From assembly GCA_963827685.1 (NCBI GenBank), contig CAWHBU010000003.1, positions 1 to 64,000 on the forward strand: a DNA stretch of 64,000 nucleotides, written 5' to 3'. The position numbers were made by a program, and so were the translations under genes. The DNA is from an uncultured delta proteobacterium (GTDB lineage Bacteria; Desulfobacterota; BSN033; UBA1163). Of this stretch, positions 48,393-58,418 are shown one piece after another. Every line of letters begins with the position of its first letter. Positions within the stretch are counted from its first letter, which is position 1. The notes beneath the pieces are model-generated. The model ran no database searches and was not told the DNA's origin. It saw only the letters and a program-made list of their open reading frames with translations.

Positions 48393-49510
48393 GTATCTAA
48401 TTATATAAATAAGCGTACTTATTTTTAGGGTGAACTGATTTGACATAACGCTTGGTCCATTCAAACGGGGCTGCCTTTTCGTTATGGACGGAAATAAACT
48501 CATCGATCGCCTGGCGCAACTGTCGGACGCTTGTAAAGGAGGCGCCCCTCAAGGCATAGCGGCTCAGAAGACTGAACCAGATTTCGATCTGGTTCAGCCA
48601 GGAAGCATGTGTGGGCGTAAAATGAAAATGAACCTTCGGATGGCGTTTAATCCAATGATCCCTCTTCGGTCGATGAGTCTTCAAATTGTCCATAATCACA
48701 TGGATTTCCTCGTCCGGATGTTCGGCAACGATCTCGTTCATAAAATCCAGAAACTCCCGGCGACAACGGCGGCCGTAATGGCCCGCCTTCACTTGTCCCG
48801 TGGCCACATTCAAGGCTGCAAAGAGGGTACTCGTTCCATGCCGTCTATACTCATGGTTGGCTCCCGTCAGCGCCTTGCCATTGGGCAGTTTAAGCCACCC
48901 CTGAGCCCGTTCCAACGCCTGAATGGCTGGCTTCTCATCCATGCATACCACCATGGCGTTCTCAGGAGGATCCAGGTAAAGCCCAACAATATCAGCGGAC
49001 TTCCGTGCAAATTCAGGGTCCGTCGAAATACACCAACTGCGCCGTCTCTGAAGGCTAATCCCATACTTGCGCAACACCGCCCACACTTCATAATCCGGGA
49101 TGCTCGTCCTCTCCCCCAGAAGCCTTCCGTTCCACTGGGCATATCCCTTCGGAGGAGCTTCATCGATCTTGCGCAGAATTGTGTGTTCGGTCTCTGCGGT
49201 GTACTTACGTGGCTGCCCGGGGCGCGGTTCATCAAGCAAACCTGCCAACCCTTCTCTGACGAAACGGCTACGCCATTTGCAAACGCGTGCAACACGAGTC
49301 CTCAGCCTTTTGGCAATCTCCGTGTTACTCTGCCCTTCAGCACCCCAGAGAATAATTTGCGCCCTCTCCGCCATACGCTTGGGAGTGGTATGGGTTCGAA
49401 CCAATCGATCCAACTCAGCCCGTTGCTCGGGCTCCAACGTGATTTCTTTTGCTTTCCTGCTCATAATACAGGAAAGTTAGCATATTACGCTTATTATGTC
49501 AAGTAGATAC
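48393..49510 (-). mobile_element. IS630-family insertion sequence
   Basis: TIRs gtatcta.tt...aataagcgta; TA duplication at 48391-48392 and 49511-49512 within a CTAG target. Confidence 0.92.
48397..49464 (-). CDS. IS630 transposase
   Basis: HTH, then CMDEKP.IQALER, YRRHGT, MDN..TH, TPTHASWLNQIE.WF. Confidence 0.95.
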   Translation of the reverse strand: MSRKAKEITLEPEQRAELDRLVRTHTTPKRMAERAQIILWGAEGQSNTEIAKRLRTRVARVCKWRSRFVREGLAGLLDEPRPGQPRKYTAETEHTILRKIDEAPPKGYAQWNGRLLGERTSIPDYEVWAVLRKYGISLQRRRSWCISTDPEFARKSADIVGLYLDPPENAMVVCMDEKPAIQALERAQGWLKLPNGKALTGANHEYRRHGTSTLFAALNVATGQVKAGHYGRRCRREFLDFMNEIVAEHPDEEIHVIMDNLKTHRPKRDHWIKRHPKVHFHFTPTHASWLNQIEIWFSLLSRYALRGASFTSVRQLRQAIDEFISVHNEKAAPFEWTKRYVKSVHPKNKYAYLYN

Positions 49511-50455
49511 TAGAATCTGCTTCCGGAGCTGCTCCCGGTCGCTGTCCGCCTGCAGGGATGTCTTTAATGCAATCTCTAAGTAACCCAGGCAGCCCTTGCC
49601 GATTGACCGGATCTTGTGTAGCAAGATGTTTTCAAACTCCTCTTCCCGGTGAGTGGAGAGCGGTCGAAAGACCTCGTTCTCCAGCCTTTGTTTCCATTGT
49701 TCGGTGTCCAACCGAGTTGAGTAAAGGAAAATGGGAAATTCCTCATGAAGCTCTTTTCGGAGTGCGGTTTGGAAAAAATGGAGTACTTCTTTTTGTTGTT
49801 CAGGGGAGAGGAGGTCGGTCTTGGTCAGGAGGAGAACAATCTTGGGGGTATGCTTCCGTAAATCGCGGATGAGTTGCAAGTCGTTTTCCGCCAGAGGGCG
49901 ATCCGAACTGATAGCCAGCAAAGCGGCGCCCACCTCCGGAAGCCAGTTTTCGGAGGTCTCCATGTGATATTTAAAGATACTCCCCAGACCTGGTGTGTCT
50001 ACGAACCGCAATCCGCTGTACTTTTCTAAGGAAGGGAGTTCTACATCGACCACTTCCACATTCTTTTGGTTGGCAGGATTTTTGGCCTCCGAGGTAAATT
50101 CTTCAATCGCTCCAATATCCACTTCGGTGTGCTGGCCGTCAAAATGACGCACAATGGCTCTTTCTCCTTTCCCATATTGCACACGGGTGATCGTGGTAGT
50201 AACGGGGATGACCCCGACTGGCAGAATATGTTCTCCGATTAGGCTGTTTAGGAAAGAACTTTTCCCGGACTTAAATTCCCCGAGGATAGCTACATCTATC
50301 AGTTGATCTTGTTGAAGAAGATTTTCGCAGGCTTCGATCTGGCGGTTCAGGGAGACGATATGAAACTGATCGCAGATCTCCTGAATTCGGGACAGCAGAG
50401 CTTGATAGGTATGTGTGAAAGAATCAAGGGGTGCATCTTTTGTCGCTAAGTTCAT

Positions 50456-50528
50456 AAAAAAACTCCTTCAGGTTCTCCCTGCAGGAGTCATCAGCCTCAA
50501 CGGCGGTTATTGGGTGAACTCCATCACC
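50456..50528 (-). ncRNA. Fluoride (crcB) riboswitch 1 with terminator
   Basis: GGTGATGGAGTTCACC-caataaccgccgttgaggc-TGATGACTCCTGC; pseudoknot GGAGT/ACTCC; terminator and U-tract before the GTPase start. Confidence 0.88.
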
Positions 50529-50609
50529 TTTTTAATCCATATTAACAATCTCTAAGAACTTGTGTCAAGTTTTTACAGTGTTTTCACGGTATATCACTTT
50601 CTTACTGCC

Positions 50610-51422
50610 TTAAATGCATGTTCTTGAATATTCAATCTCCTCTAACAAAAGCAAGCCCGACACCGCATGGAATGTGCTCTCAATAAATGGAAAGCTGATA
50701 GGAGCTCTACCGAACCCCCCACCTTTGGTCTGACAGCTAAGAATATATTTCCGGCAGAGTTCTGTCTGGACAGGTGAAGAACCGAGCTTTGACAGAATCT
50801 CAAGGGCACAATAGGTGTTCTCCATATAGGAAGTAGTATCAGGATAGAATCCAAATCCCCCATCTCCATTCTGACAGAGTTGAACCCATTTAATGATTTC
50901 TCGCCTGTCGAAGTCTATGCCGTGATTCAACAGGATTGAAACCTTCTTTCTCAGGGTTTGCAAATTATCCTTTGGATGAAACTGAAGATAAGATAAAGAT
51001 TGGTGAGAATGTGGAGGTCCGTTAAGAAGTTTCTGAATCTCATCGGAAAAGTACTGAGCGTCGAGCACTTGAAATCTTGCCCAATCCCTCTCGAGAAGTT
51101 CGGTCAACAGAGGAGGGAAATCAATATCCAAAAAGAGATGAAGATAGACAAGCATGTAGATTGCCCTTGGGAAACCGACTTCCTTCCAACCGATATTCTT
51201 CAGGTAATTCCCGGTATTGTTCCGATCTACATCCACATCCAGGAATTGTAATATTCGAACGGCATAGTAGGTGTCTTCAATGTCGGGATAAAGTTCAGGG
51301 GCAAAGCTAAACCCTCCTTCCTTCTTCTCCCGATCTCTCAAATACCGGATGACCCTTGAGAGATCAAGCAGCCGACTCACCCCTCCAATTTCTTTTCTTG
51401 ATCCTTCAAGACCCTCGTTCAT
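50610..51422 (-). CDS. Prenyltransferase/squalene oxidase repeat protein
   Basis: Repeats EGGFSF...D.EDTYYA, CQNGDGGFG.....TYCAL, CQ...GGFG.....TFHAV. Confidence 0.8.
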   Translation of the reverse strand: MNEGLEGSRKEIGGVSRLLDLSRVIRYLRDREKKEGGFSFAPELYPDIEDTYYAVRILQFLDVDVDRNNTGNYLKNIGWKEVGFPRAIYMLVYLHLFLDIDFPPLLTELLERDWARFQVLDAQYFSDEIQKLLNGPPHSHQSLSYLQFHPKDNLQTLRKKVSILLNHGIDFDRREIIKWVQLCQNGDGGFGFYPDTTSYMENTYCALEILSKLGSSPVQTELCRKYILSCQTKGGGFGRAPISFPFIESTFHAVSGLLLLEEIEYSRTCI

Positions 51423-51459
51423 TTTCCGTGATCCTTATCGTTTTCAAAGATCCTCAAAT

Positions 51460-51540
51460 AAAAAAACTTCTACCAGTAACCCAGTAGAAGTTATCAATCC
51501 TGTCTCAATAAAAGGACGGTTAAAGGCGAACCTCATCGCC
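51460..51540 (-). ncRNA. Fluoride (crcB) riboswitch 2 with terminator
   Basis: GGCGATGAGGTTCGCC-tttaaccgtcc...ggat-TGATAACTTCTAC, then terminator acttctactgg/ctggtagaagt and U-tract. Confidence 0.85.
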
Positions 51541-51577
51541 TCTGCCAATTAGTCTTCTGATGATGACCACTAAAGTC

Positions 51578-51838
51578 TTACGCTCTTTCTTCCTCCACTT
51601 CTCCAGTTTCGAATAAACACTCATCGCGTTCATAGTCATCCATCTGTGCAGCTCTTATTGATTCCCAACCCTGACGAAGATCGGGTGGTGAGACTTCTGC
51701 AATTTTCTGAGATAGTTCATCTCCGATGATTAGCTTTGTGAGTGAGATTACTGCCCGAGCTGCATGATCTGCCTGCTCTAAGTCTTTCAAATCAGCCATT
51801 TTCATCACAGCCTCAAGAAACTCTTTCCTCGTTTTCAT
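51578..51838 (-). CDS. DUF2267-like small helical protein
   Basis: EFLEAV...A.L....A..AARAV...L......I....P.DL...W; AGGAGG SD. Confidence 0.7.
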   Translation of the reverse strand: MKTRKEFLEAVMKMADLKDLEQADHAARAVISLTKLIIGDELSQKIAEVSPPDLRQGWESIRAAQMDDYERDECLFETGEVEEERA

Positions 51839-51866
51839 AACATCACCTCCTTTCTCCTCCCAAAAT

Positions 51867-51947
51867 AAAAAAACTTCTACCAGGTAACCAGTAGAAGTCA
51901 TCAGTCCCCGATAAGAGGGGGGACATTTAATGGCGAACTTCATCGCC
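51867..51947 (-). ncRNA. Fluoride (crcB) riboswitch 3 with terminator
   Basis: GGCGATGAAGTTCGCC-attaaatgtcccc...ggggac-TGATGACTTCTAC, then terminator and U-tract; TTGACT promoter box at 51991-51996. Confidence 0.9.
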
Positions 51948-52190
51948 GAGGCTCTGAGGTTAAAAATATTATTATCCAAAAAAATATTTAAGTCAATATT
52001 TTGATGAAAAACTCGGTCACCTAATGCCTTTTTTCACTTTCATTCCGAGGTCATTTAACTTGTAATCGGTATTCTTATTTTATTGACCTTTGTGATGAAG
52101 GTTAAACCGCAACAAAACTTAGTGATTTCAAAATATTTGACTATATTGCATAACTTTTCCGCTCTATCCTCGAACTACCTAAAATTTCCC

Positions 52191-52219
52191 TTGACAAAAA
52201 AAGTCTATTATTTTAGCAT
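52191..52219 (+). promoter_or_regulatory. Sigma70 promoter of the fhs/acs operon
   Basis: TTGACA-17-TAGCAT, followed by TTGTGA-N6-CCACAT (Rex/CRP-like). Confidence 0.5.
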
Positions 52220-52426
52220 GCCCATCGATATTGTGATTTTGGCCACATAAAGAATTTGACTAAAAATCCAGTTATTGTAACCGTTAAGAATCATCTTTCC
52301 ACAATCAAAAGAAGAGAAAGGGGGGATTGTTTAATTCCAAACCAAAATTCTTTGTTATTTGATAGATCGGAGTGTTTTAGGGAAAAAATTCAAAATAATT
52401 TTAGAAAGAAAGGGGGAGTAAGAAAC

Positions 52427-54214
52427 ATGGGTTTCAACATTTCAAAAAAGTATAATGAGGCGGACCCAAGAAAGCTTCCAGATTGGCAGGTTGCGGATAT
52501 AGCTGAAGAAACAATGCCCACTGTCGCCGAGTGGCAGGACAAATTGGGTCTCAAGAAGGACGAAATCATCCCGATGGGGAGGTTATGCAAGCTCGATTTC
52601 ATGAAGATTATTGATCGACTCAAAAGTAGGCCAGATGGAAAGTATATAGAAGTCACAGCCATTACTCCAACTCCGTTAGGGGAAGGAAAGACGACAACCT
52701 CTATGGGCTTAATGGAGGGATTAGGCAAAAGAGGAAAGAATGTCGGTGGTTGTATCCGCCAGCCTTCAGGCGGACCGACGATGAATATCAAGGGTACGGC
52801 TGCAGGAGGAGGAAAAGCCCTTCTCATCCCGATGACTGAATTTTCTCTCGGCCTAACCGGTGATATCAATGACATCACCAATGCCCACAACCTGGCAATG
52901 GTCGCTCTGAATGCTAGGATGCAACACGAACGAAACTATGACGATGCTGAACTCGCCAAGAGGAAACTCAAACGGCTCGATATTGACCCCGCCAACATCG
53001 AGATGGGCTGGGTCATGGATTATTGCGCCCAGGGTTTGCGGAACATAATCATGGGTCTTGGGGGCAAGATGGATGGTTTTCTCATGCAATCCAAATTTGG
53101 CATTACAGTGAGTTCGGAGCTAATGGCTATCCTTTCTATTGTGCGAGATCTGAAGGATTTACGGGAGAGGCTTGGAAAGATTGTCGTTGCCTATGATAAG
53201 AAAGGGAAGCCTGTCACCACTACAGACCTCGAAGTGGCAGGGGCCATGTGTGCATGGATGCGGAATACCATCAATCCTACTTTGATGATGACCACAGAAT
53301 ATCAGCCCTGTCTGGTTCATGCCGGTCCTTTTGCCAACATCGCTGTGGGCCAGTCTTCCATTATTGGCGACAGAATTGGTCTAAAGATGTTTGACTACCA
53401 TGTGACCGAGAGCGGTTTTGCTGCGGATATTGGCTTTGAGAAGTTCTGGAATGTGAAATGTCGGTTGAGCGGTTTAGTTCCCAATGTTTCAATACTGACG
53501 GCTACGATCAGGGCTCTAAAGATGCATGGCGGTGGGCCTAAGGTCGTGGCAGGACTGCCCATTCCTGAAGAATACACGAAGGAGAACTTGGCCCTTTTGG
53601 AGAAAGGGATCGTCAATATGACTCACCTGATCGGGGTGATCAAGAAATCAGGAATCAGTCCGGTCGTCTGTATCAATGCCTTCCACACCGATACGAAAGA
53701 CGAAATTGCAATGGTCCGAAAATATGCCGAGCAAGCAGGAGCGCGAGTTGCCCTTTCTGAGCACTGGCTCAAAGGAGGCGATGGAGCCCTTGAGCTGGCC
53801 GATGTGGTCATGGAGGCTTGCAAAGATAAACCCAATCTCAAATTTCTCTACCCGCTGGAGATGCCACTCAGACAACGGGTTGAGACAGTTGCCAAAGAAG
53901 TCTACGGAGCGGCTGGGGTCTCCTGGACACCCGATGCTGAAGCCAAAGCCAAACGGTTTGAAGCCGACCCAGCATTGAAGGATTTCAACACTATGATGGT
54001 AAAGACCCATTTGAGCCTGACTCATGATCCAGCTATCAAAGGAGTACCCAAGGGTTGGGTACTCCCGGTTCGTGATGTTTTAATCTTTGCCGGTGCAAAG
54101 TTCCTCTGCCCGATGACAGGCATGATCAGCTTGATGCCAGGAACCAGCTCTGATCCCGCGTTTAGAAGGGTAGATGTTGATGTGAATACCGGCAAAGTAA
54201 CGGGGCTTTTCTAA
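52427..54214 (+). CDS. fhs: Formate-tetrahydrofolate ligase
   Basis: [21 protein letters not shown]...[29 protein letters not shown]. Confidence 0.96.
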   Translation: MGFNISKKYNEADPRKLPDWQVADIAEETMPTVAEWQDKLGLKKDEIIPMGRLCKLDFMKIIDRLKSRPDGKYIEVTAITPTPLGEGKTTTSMGLMEGLGKRGKNVGGCIRQPSGGPTMNIKGTAAGGGKALLIPMTEFSLGLTGDINDITNAHNLAMVALNARMQHERNYDDAELAKRKLKRLDIDPANIEMGWVMDYCAQGLRNIIMGLGGKMDGFLMQSKFGITVSSELMAILSIVRDLKDLRERLGKIVVAYDKKGKPVTTTDLEVAGAMCAWMRNTINPTLMMTTEYQPCLVHAGPFANIAVGQSSIIGDRIGLKMFDYHVTESGFAADIGFEKFWNVKCRLSGLVPNVSILTATIRALKMHGGGPKVVAGLPIPEEYTKENLALLEKGIVNMTHLIGVIKKSGISPVVCINAFHTDTKDEIAMVRKYAEQAGARVALSEHWLKGGDGALELADVVMEACKDKPNLKFLYPLEMPLRQRVETVAKEVYGAAGVSWTPDAEAKAKRFEADPALKDFNTMMVKTHLSLTHDPAIKGVPKGWVLPVRDVLIFAGAKFLCPMTGMISLMPGTSSDPAFRRVDVDVNTGKVTGLF

Positions 54215-54345
54215 GAATAAGACTTCGATCCTCATACTCCCCCCTCTCCCCCCTTTAAATAAATGGGGGAGAGGGGGGAGATTTAAAATTCCCAGTCCCG
54301 CCCCTATCGAAAATGAGGCGGGACTGAGTTATAATAAATTTATTC

Positions 54346-56361
54346 ATGCCGAAGCATAATGTAACTTTCCTACCCAGCGAAAGAAGGATTTCAGTAGATG
54401 AGGACGAGAACCTCCTTCAAGCCGCTATGGAGGCAGGAATTCATATCAATGCCTCTTGCGGTGGAAGTGCAACCTGTGGAAAGTGTAAAGTCAAGATCCT
54501 AAAGGGAGTGGTTGATTCTCCAAAACATCCAAAACTCACCCAGTGGGAATATGATCAAGGATTTCGTCTTGCCTGTTTGACACCGATTCGAGATGATCTC
54601 GATGTCGAGATCCCCATTGAATCACAGGTTGACAGATCTGTCCTTGCCCTCAAAGGTGATCGAGGGGCTCATAAATACCTCCTCTCTCCTCAGGATATCT
54701 ACCAACTCGTTAAAGGGTGGGATGTAGATCCATCGGTATTCAAAAGATATGTCCAACTCGACCCTCCTACTCTTAAGGATAATGTGAGCGACCTCACCCG
54801 TCTGATCAATGCCCTGGATCGGCAGCATGGCATTGAAGGGATTTCTGCTGACTTCCGTGTGATCATGAAGTTGAGTCGCATCCTTCGAGAATCGGATTGG
54901 AAGGTCACGGCTACGCTGGTTCTAACGAAAAAGGGCTATAAATTAGTCAATGTGGAACCTGGAGACAACACCCATCAAAACTATTCGATCGTTTTGGACA
55001 TTGGAACCACGACGATCTTTGGGCAACTTCTCGACCTCAATGGATGCGTGGTCTATGCCTGTCCCGGCGGCCTTTGTGATGGGTCCACCCTCTTCGCCTT
55101 AGCCGAAGCCTCGGATTACAATGCCCAGATCAGTTATGGAGAGGACGTCATCACTCGGATTGTCTATTCCCAAAGGCCTGGAGGACTGAAAAAAATGCAG
55201 GAGGTCGTTGTCTCCACCATCAACAAAATCATCCAGGAATTGCTCCAAATGAGCAAAATTGATCGATCCCTGATCTCCCATCTGGTGATTGCTGGCAATA
55301 CCACGATGACCCAACTCCTTTTAGGACTGGATCCAAAATATATTCGAGAAGCCCCTTATGTTCCAACAGCCAACTTCATCCCTCCGGTGAGGGCCGTCCA
55401 CCTGGGAATCGATATCGGCGATCATGTCCATGTCTATATCTTTCCGATGGTGGCAAGCTACGTAGGCGGAGATATTGTGGCAGGGATCTTGGGATCTGGA
55501 GTTTTTCAAAGAGAACCCCTCACGCTTTATATGGACATCGGCACCAATGGAGAGATTGTACTCGGAAACAAGGATTGGCTGGCCAGCGTCTCCTGCTCTG
55601 CCGGCCCTGCCTTTGAAGGCGCGGGAATTAAATTCGGGATGAGGGCGACCCGCGGAGCCATTGAAGAGGTCAGCATCAACCCTCGAACTTATGAACCAAT
55701 GATCCTCACCATTGGGAGGACAAAGCCCATCGGCATCTGCGGGTCGGGCCTGATTGACTCGGTGGCGGAGTTTTTGGAAACAGGGATGATCGACCAGAAT
55801 GGGAAATTCCGAAGAGACCTCCCTACAGATCGCGTTCGAATGGGACCGGACGGTTACGAATATGTCCTGGCGCGAAAAGAGGAGACTCTCATCCACGAAG
55901 ACATCGTTCTGACCGAGATTGATGTTGAAAATCTAATCCGCACTAAAGCGGCTATCTATGCCGGCTGTAAAGTTTTGTTGAGTAGTGTGGGATTGGATTT
56001 TAAGGATCTTGAGCAGATCATCATCGCCGGTGGATTTGGCCGCCATCTCGATTTAGAAAAGGCGATTTTCATCGGTCTCTTACCAGAGATCGATATCGAA
56101 AAATTTATGTTCGTTGGCAATGGCTCCTTGTTGGGGGCAAGGCTTCTCTCCTTCTCTAAGAACCTCCTGAAAGAGACGGAGCGAATTGCTTTGATGATGA
56201 CGAACCTCGAATTGAGCAATCACCCGACTTTTATGAACGAATTCATTGCAGCGATGTTTCTCCCCCACACGGAGGTCTCTGCCTTCCCAAAAGTGATGGA
56301 AAGGCTCTATGGGATGAAAAGGCAAGTCCGATCGGAGAGGATGGTTGAAGGACGGCTTTGA
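54346..56361 (+). CDS. Reductive activator of corrinoid FeS protein (RACo/AcsV; 2Fe-2S plus ASKHA)
   Basis: CGG..TCGKC...RLAC, DIGTTT, DIGTNGE, SAGPAFEG, GICGSG, IAGGFG. Confidence 0.92.
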   Translation: MPKHNVTFLPSERRISVDEDENLLQAAMEAGIHINASCGGSATCGKCKVKILKGVVDSPKHPKLTQWEYDQGFRLACLTPIRDDLDVEIPIESQVDRSVLALKGDRGAHKYLLSPQDIYQLVKGWDVDPSVFKRYVQLDPPTLKDNVSDLTRLINALDRQHGIEGISADFRVIMKLSRILRESDWKVTATLVLTKKGYKLVNVEPGDNTHQNYSIVLDIGTTTIFGQLLDLNGCVVYACPGGLCDGSTLFALAEASDYNAQISYGEDVITRIVYSQRPGGLKKMQEVVVSTINKIIQELLQMSKIDRSLISHLVIAGNTTMTQLLLGLDPKYIREAPYVPTANFIPPVRAVHLGIDIGDHVHVYIFPMVASYVGGDIVAGILGSGVFQREPLTLYMDIGTNGEIVLGNKDWLASVSCSAGPAFEGAGIKFGMRATRGAIEEVSINPRTYEPMILTIGRTKPIGICGSGLIDSVAEFLETGMIDQNGKFRRDLPTDRVRMGPDGYEYVLARKEETLIHEDIVLTEIDVENLIRTKAAIYAGCKVLLSSVGLDFKDLEQIIIAGGFGRHLDLEKAIFIGLLPEIDIEKFMFVGNGSLLGARLLSFSKNLLKETERIALMMTNLELSNHPTFMNEFIAAMFLPHTEVSAFPKVMERLYGMKRQVRSERMVEGRL

Positions 56362-57104
56362 GCTTTACGATTGCGGTTTCAGGAAAAGGAGGAACGGGCA
56401 AGACCACCCTGGCTGGAATGATCATCCGCTTTCTATTGGACAAAGGGAAAGGTCCGATTCTGGCAGTGGATGCAGATTCTAATTCGAACCTCAACGAGGT
56501 CTTGGGCGTGGAGATCGGATCCACCATTGGCGAAGCCCGTGAGATGATGAAGCAGGATGTCCCGGTTGGGATGACGAAGGACATCTGGTTTGAATATAAG
56601 GTCCAGGAAGCCCTGACCGAAGCTAAGGGATTTGATCTCATCGCGATGGGACGTCCGGAAGGCCCAGGTTGTTATTGTGCGGCAAATACTTTAGCGAGAA
56701 AATGTTTGGATCTTTTGACAGGAAATTATCAATACATCGTCATCGATAATGAAGCCGGGATGGAGCATTTCAGCCGGCTGACGACTCGAGATGTGGATCT
56801 TCTCTTCATCCTCTCGGATTCCAGCCAAAGGGGTATCTTGACCGCTTCTCGGATTCGAGACCTCATCCATGAACTGGATCTCCGGATCGTTCGCGAGGTG
56901 TTGGTCATCAACCGGGTTCAGGGTGAACCAGGGCCTGAAATCTATGAGGAAGTGAAAAAACAAGATCTCGATTTGGGAGGAATCCTCCCTGTCGATGAAG
57001 AGGTTTACCAATACGATTCTGAGGGCAAACCGACCTTTCAACTCCCTTTGGAGTCAAAGGCAGTTCAATCCGCCCGCCGCATCTTCGAGAAATACATTCA
57101 GTAA
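56358..57104 (+). CDS. cooC: CooC/AcsF nickel-insertion ATPase
   Basis: GKGGTGKTT, DAD.N.NL, GCYC, DNEAGMEHFSR. Confidence 0.9.
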   Translation: MSFTIAVSGKGGTGKTTLAGMIIRFLLDKGKGPILAVDADSNSNLNEVLGVEIGSTIGEAREMMKQDVPVGMTKDIWFEYKVQEALTEAKGFDLIAMGRPEGPGCYCAANTLARKCLDLLTGNYQYIVIDNEAGMEHFSRLTTRDVDLLFILSDSSQRGILTASRIRDLIHELDLRIVREVLVINRVQGEPGPEIYEEVKKQDLDLGGILPVDEEVYQYDSEGKPTFQLPLESKAVQSARRIFEKYIQ

Positions 57105-57180
57105 GGGAGGCGCGGAAGATTTTACGATTCACGAGACACGTGACACGGATCACGATATTTTAAGGGGGGAGGTAAAAAAG

Positions 57181-58071
57181 ATGACGGCAAAATTGATTAG
57201 TGGCAATGAAATCGCTCAACAGATTCGGGAGGAACTCAAGCAGGAAACAGCTCGACTCAAAGAAAAACACAATGTCGTCCCGGGCTTGGTGACCGTCCTC
57301 GTAGGCGAAAACCCTGCCTCGGTGAGTTATGTGACGGCAAAGCAGAAGACCTCCAAGGAGTTGGGGTTTTACTCGATTCAGGATAACCAACCTGCCACCA
57401 TTAAAGAAGAAGAATTGCTCAAATTGATCGACAAGTATAATAAGGATCCTAAGATTCACGGTATTTTGGTTCAGCTTCCTCTGCCCAAGCACATCAATGA
57501 AACAAGAATCCTTTATGCCATTGATCCAAAAAAGGATGTAGATGGATTCCATCCGGTCAATGTTGGGAAATTGATGATCGGCGAGGCGGATTATCTTCCC
57601 TGCACTCCAGCAGGAATTCAACAGCTTCTCATTCGAACCGGTGCGAAGATTGATGGTGCAGAGGTCGTGGTCGTGGGAAGATCGAACATCGTTGGAAAAC
57701 CCATTGCCAATATTCTTCTGCAAAAGCAGAAAGGGGCCAATGCAACGGTAACTATCTGCCATACCGGGACAAAGGATATGTCTTTTCATACAAGGAGAGC
57801 GGACATCCTCATTGTGGCTGCTGGAAAGCCCAAAGCGATTACGGCCGATATGGTGAAGGATGGGGCAGTCGTCATTGATGTAGGCGTCAATCGGATTGGA
57901 ATGACCCCCGAAGGAAAGGCCAAACTCTGCGGGGATGTTGACTTTGACGGGGTCAAGGAGAAGGCCAGTGCCATTACCCCAGTCCCTGGGGGAGTAGGAC
58001 CGATGACCATTACAATGCTGATGATGAATACAGTAAAGGCTGCCAAAGTGGCGGCAGGCATAACAAGTTAG
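57181..58071 (+). CDS. folD: Methylene-THF dehydrogenase/cyclohydrolase
   Basis: YV..K, GILVQLPLP, KDVDGFHP.N, PCTP.G, GRSNIVGKP, TPVPGGVGPMT. Confidence 0.97.
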   Translation: MTAKLISGNEIAQQIREELKQETARLKEKHNVVPGLVTVLVGENPASVSYVTAKQKTSKELGFYSIQDNQPATIKEEELLKLIDKYNKDPKIHGILVQLPLPKHINETRILYAIDPKKDVDGFHPVNVGKLMIGEADYLPCTPAGIQQLLIRTGAKIDGAEVVVVGRSNIVGKPIANILLQKQKGANATVTICHTGTKDMSFHTRRADILIVAAGKPKAITADMVKDGAVVIDVGVNRIGMTPEGKAKLCGDVDFDGVKEKASAITPVPGGVGPMTITMLMMNTVKAAKVAAGITS

Positions 58072-58178
58072 GAGTTCGGGGAATTCACGACTCACGCCTG
58101 CGTGCCGGAACAGTGGCACTTCGGCGTGCAGGCACGAATCACCAAATCACGAATAAGCATAGAAAGGAGGAGTTCAGC

Positions 58179-58391
58179 GTGTCTGACCAAATGGAAGAGA
58201 AGGTAACTTTTGATGGAAAGAAGGTAAAGGTATTGGGCCCCACTTTTGAGGAGGGAAAACCCGAGACCCCCATCAACTGGAGACAGAAGATGAGGAACCG
58301 GGATGAGATGCTCGCCTATCTCAAAACCGGGGAACGTTACTGGTTCAGCGAGGAGTGGTTTGGCAGTGAAAAACGAAAGACCAAAGCCTAA
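58179..58391 (+). CDS. Small hypothetical protein in the Wood-Ljungdahl operon (70 aa)
   Basis: AAGGAGG SD and GTG start; tightly packed between folD and acsD. Confidence 0.7.
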   Translation: MSDQMEEKVTFDGKKVKVLGPTFEEGKPETPINWRQKMRNRDEMLAYLKTGERYWFSEEWFGSEKRKTKA

Positions 58392-58418
58392 ACATATAAC
58401 CAGAGGGAGGTGAATATC

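Larger units (their letters stand above)
47659..50455 (-). pseudogene. Dynamin-like GTPase (about 558 aa) split by IS630
   Basis: G1 GEFKSGKS, G2 P.T, G3 DTPG, G4 TKTD; removing the IS restores QILDEKVNYEL in frame. Confidence 0.9.

Noticed and set aside
48484-49506. 340-aa plus-strand ORF
   Set aside because: Antisense shadow of the IS630 transposase.
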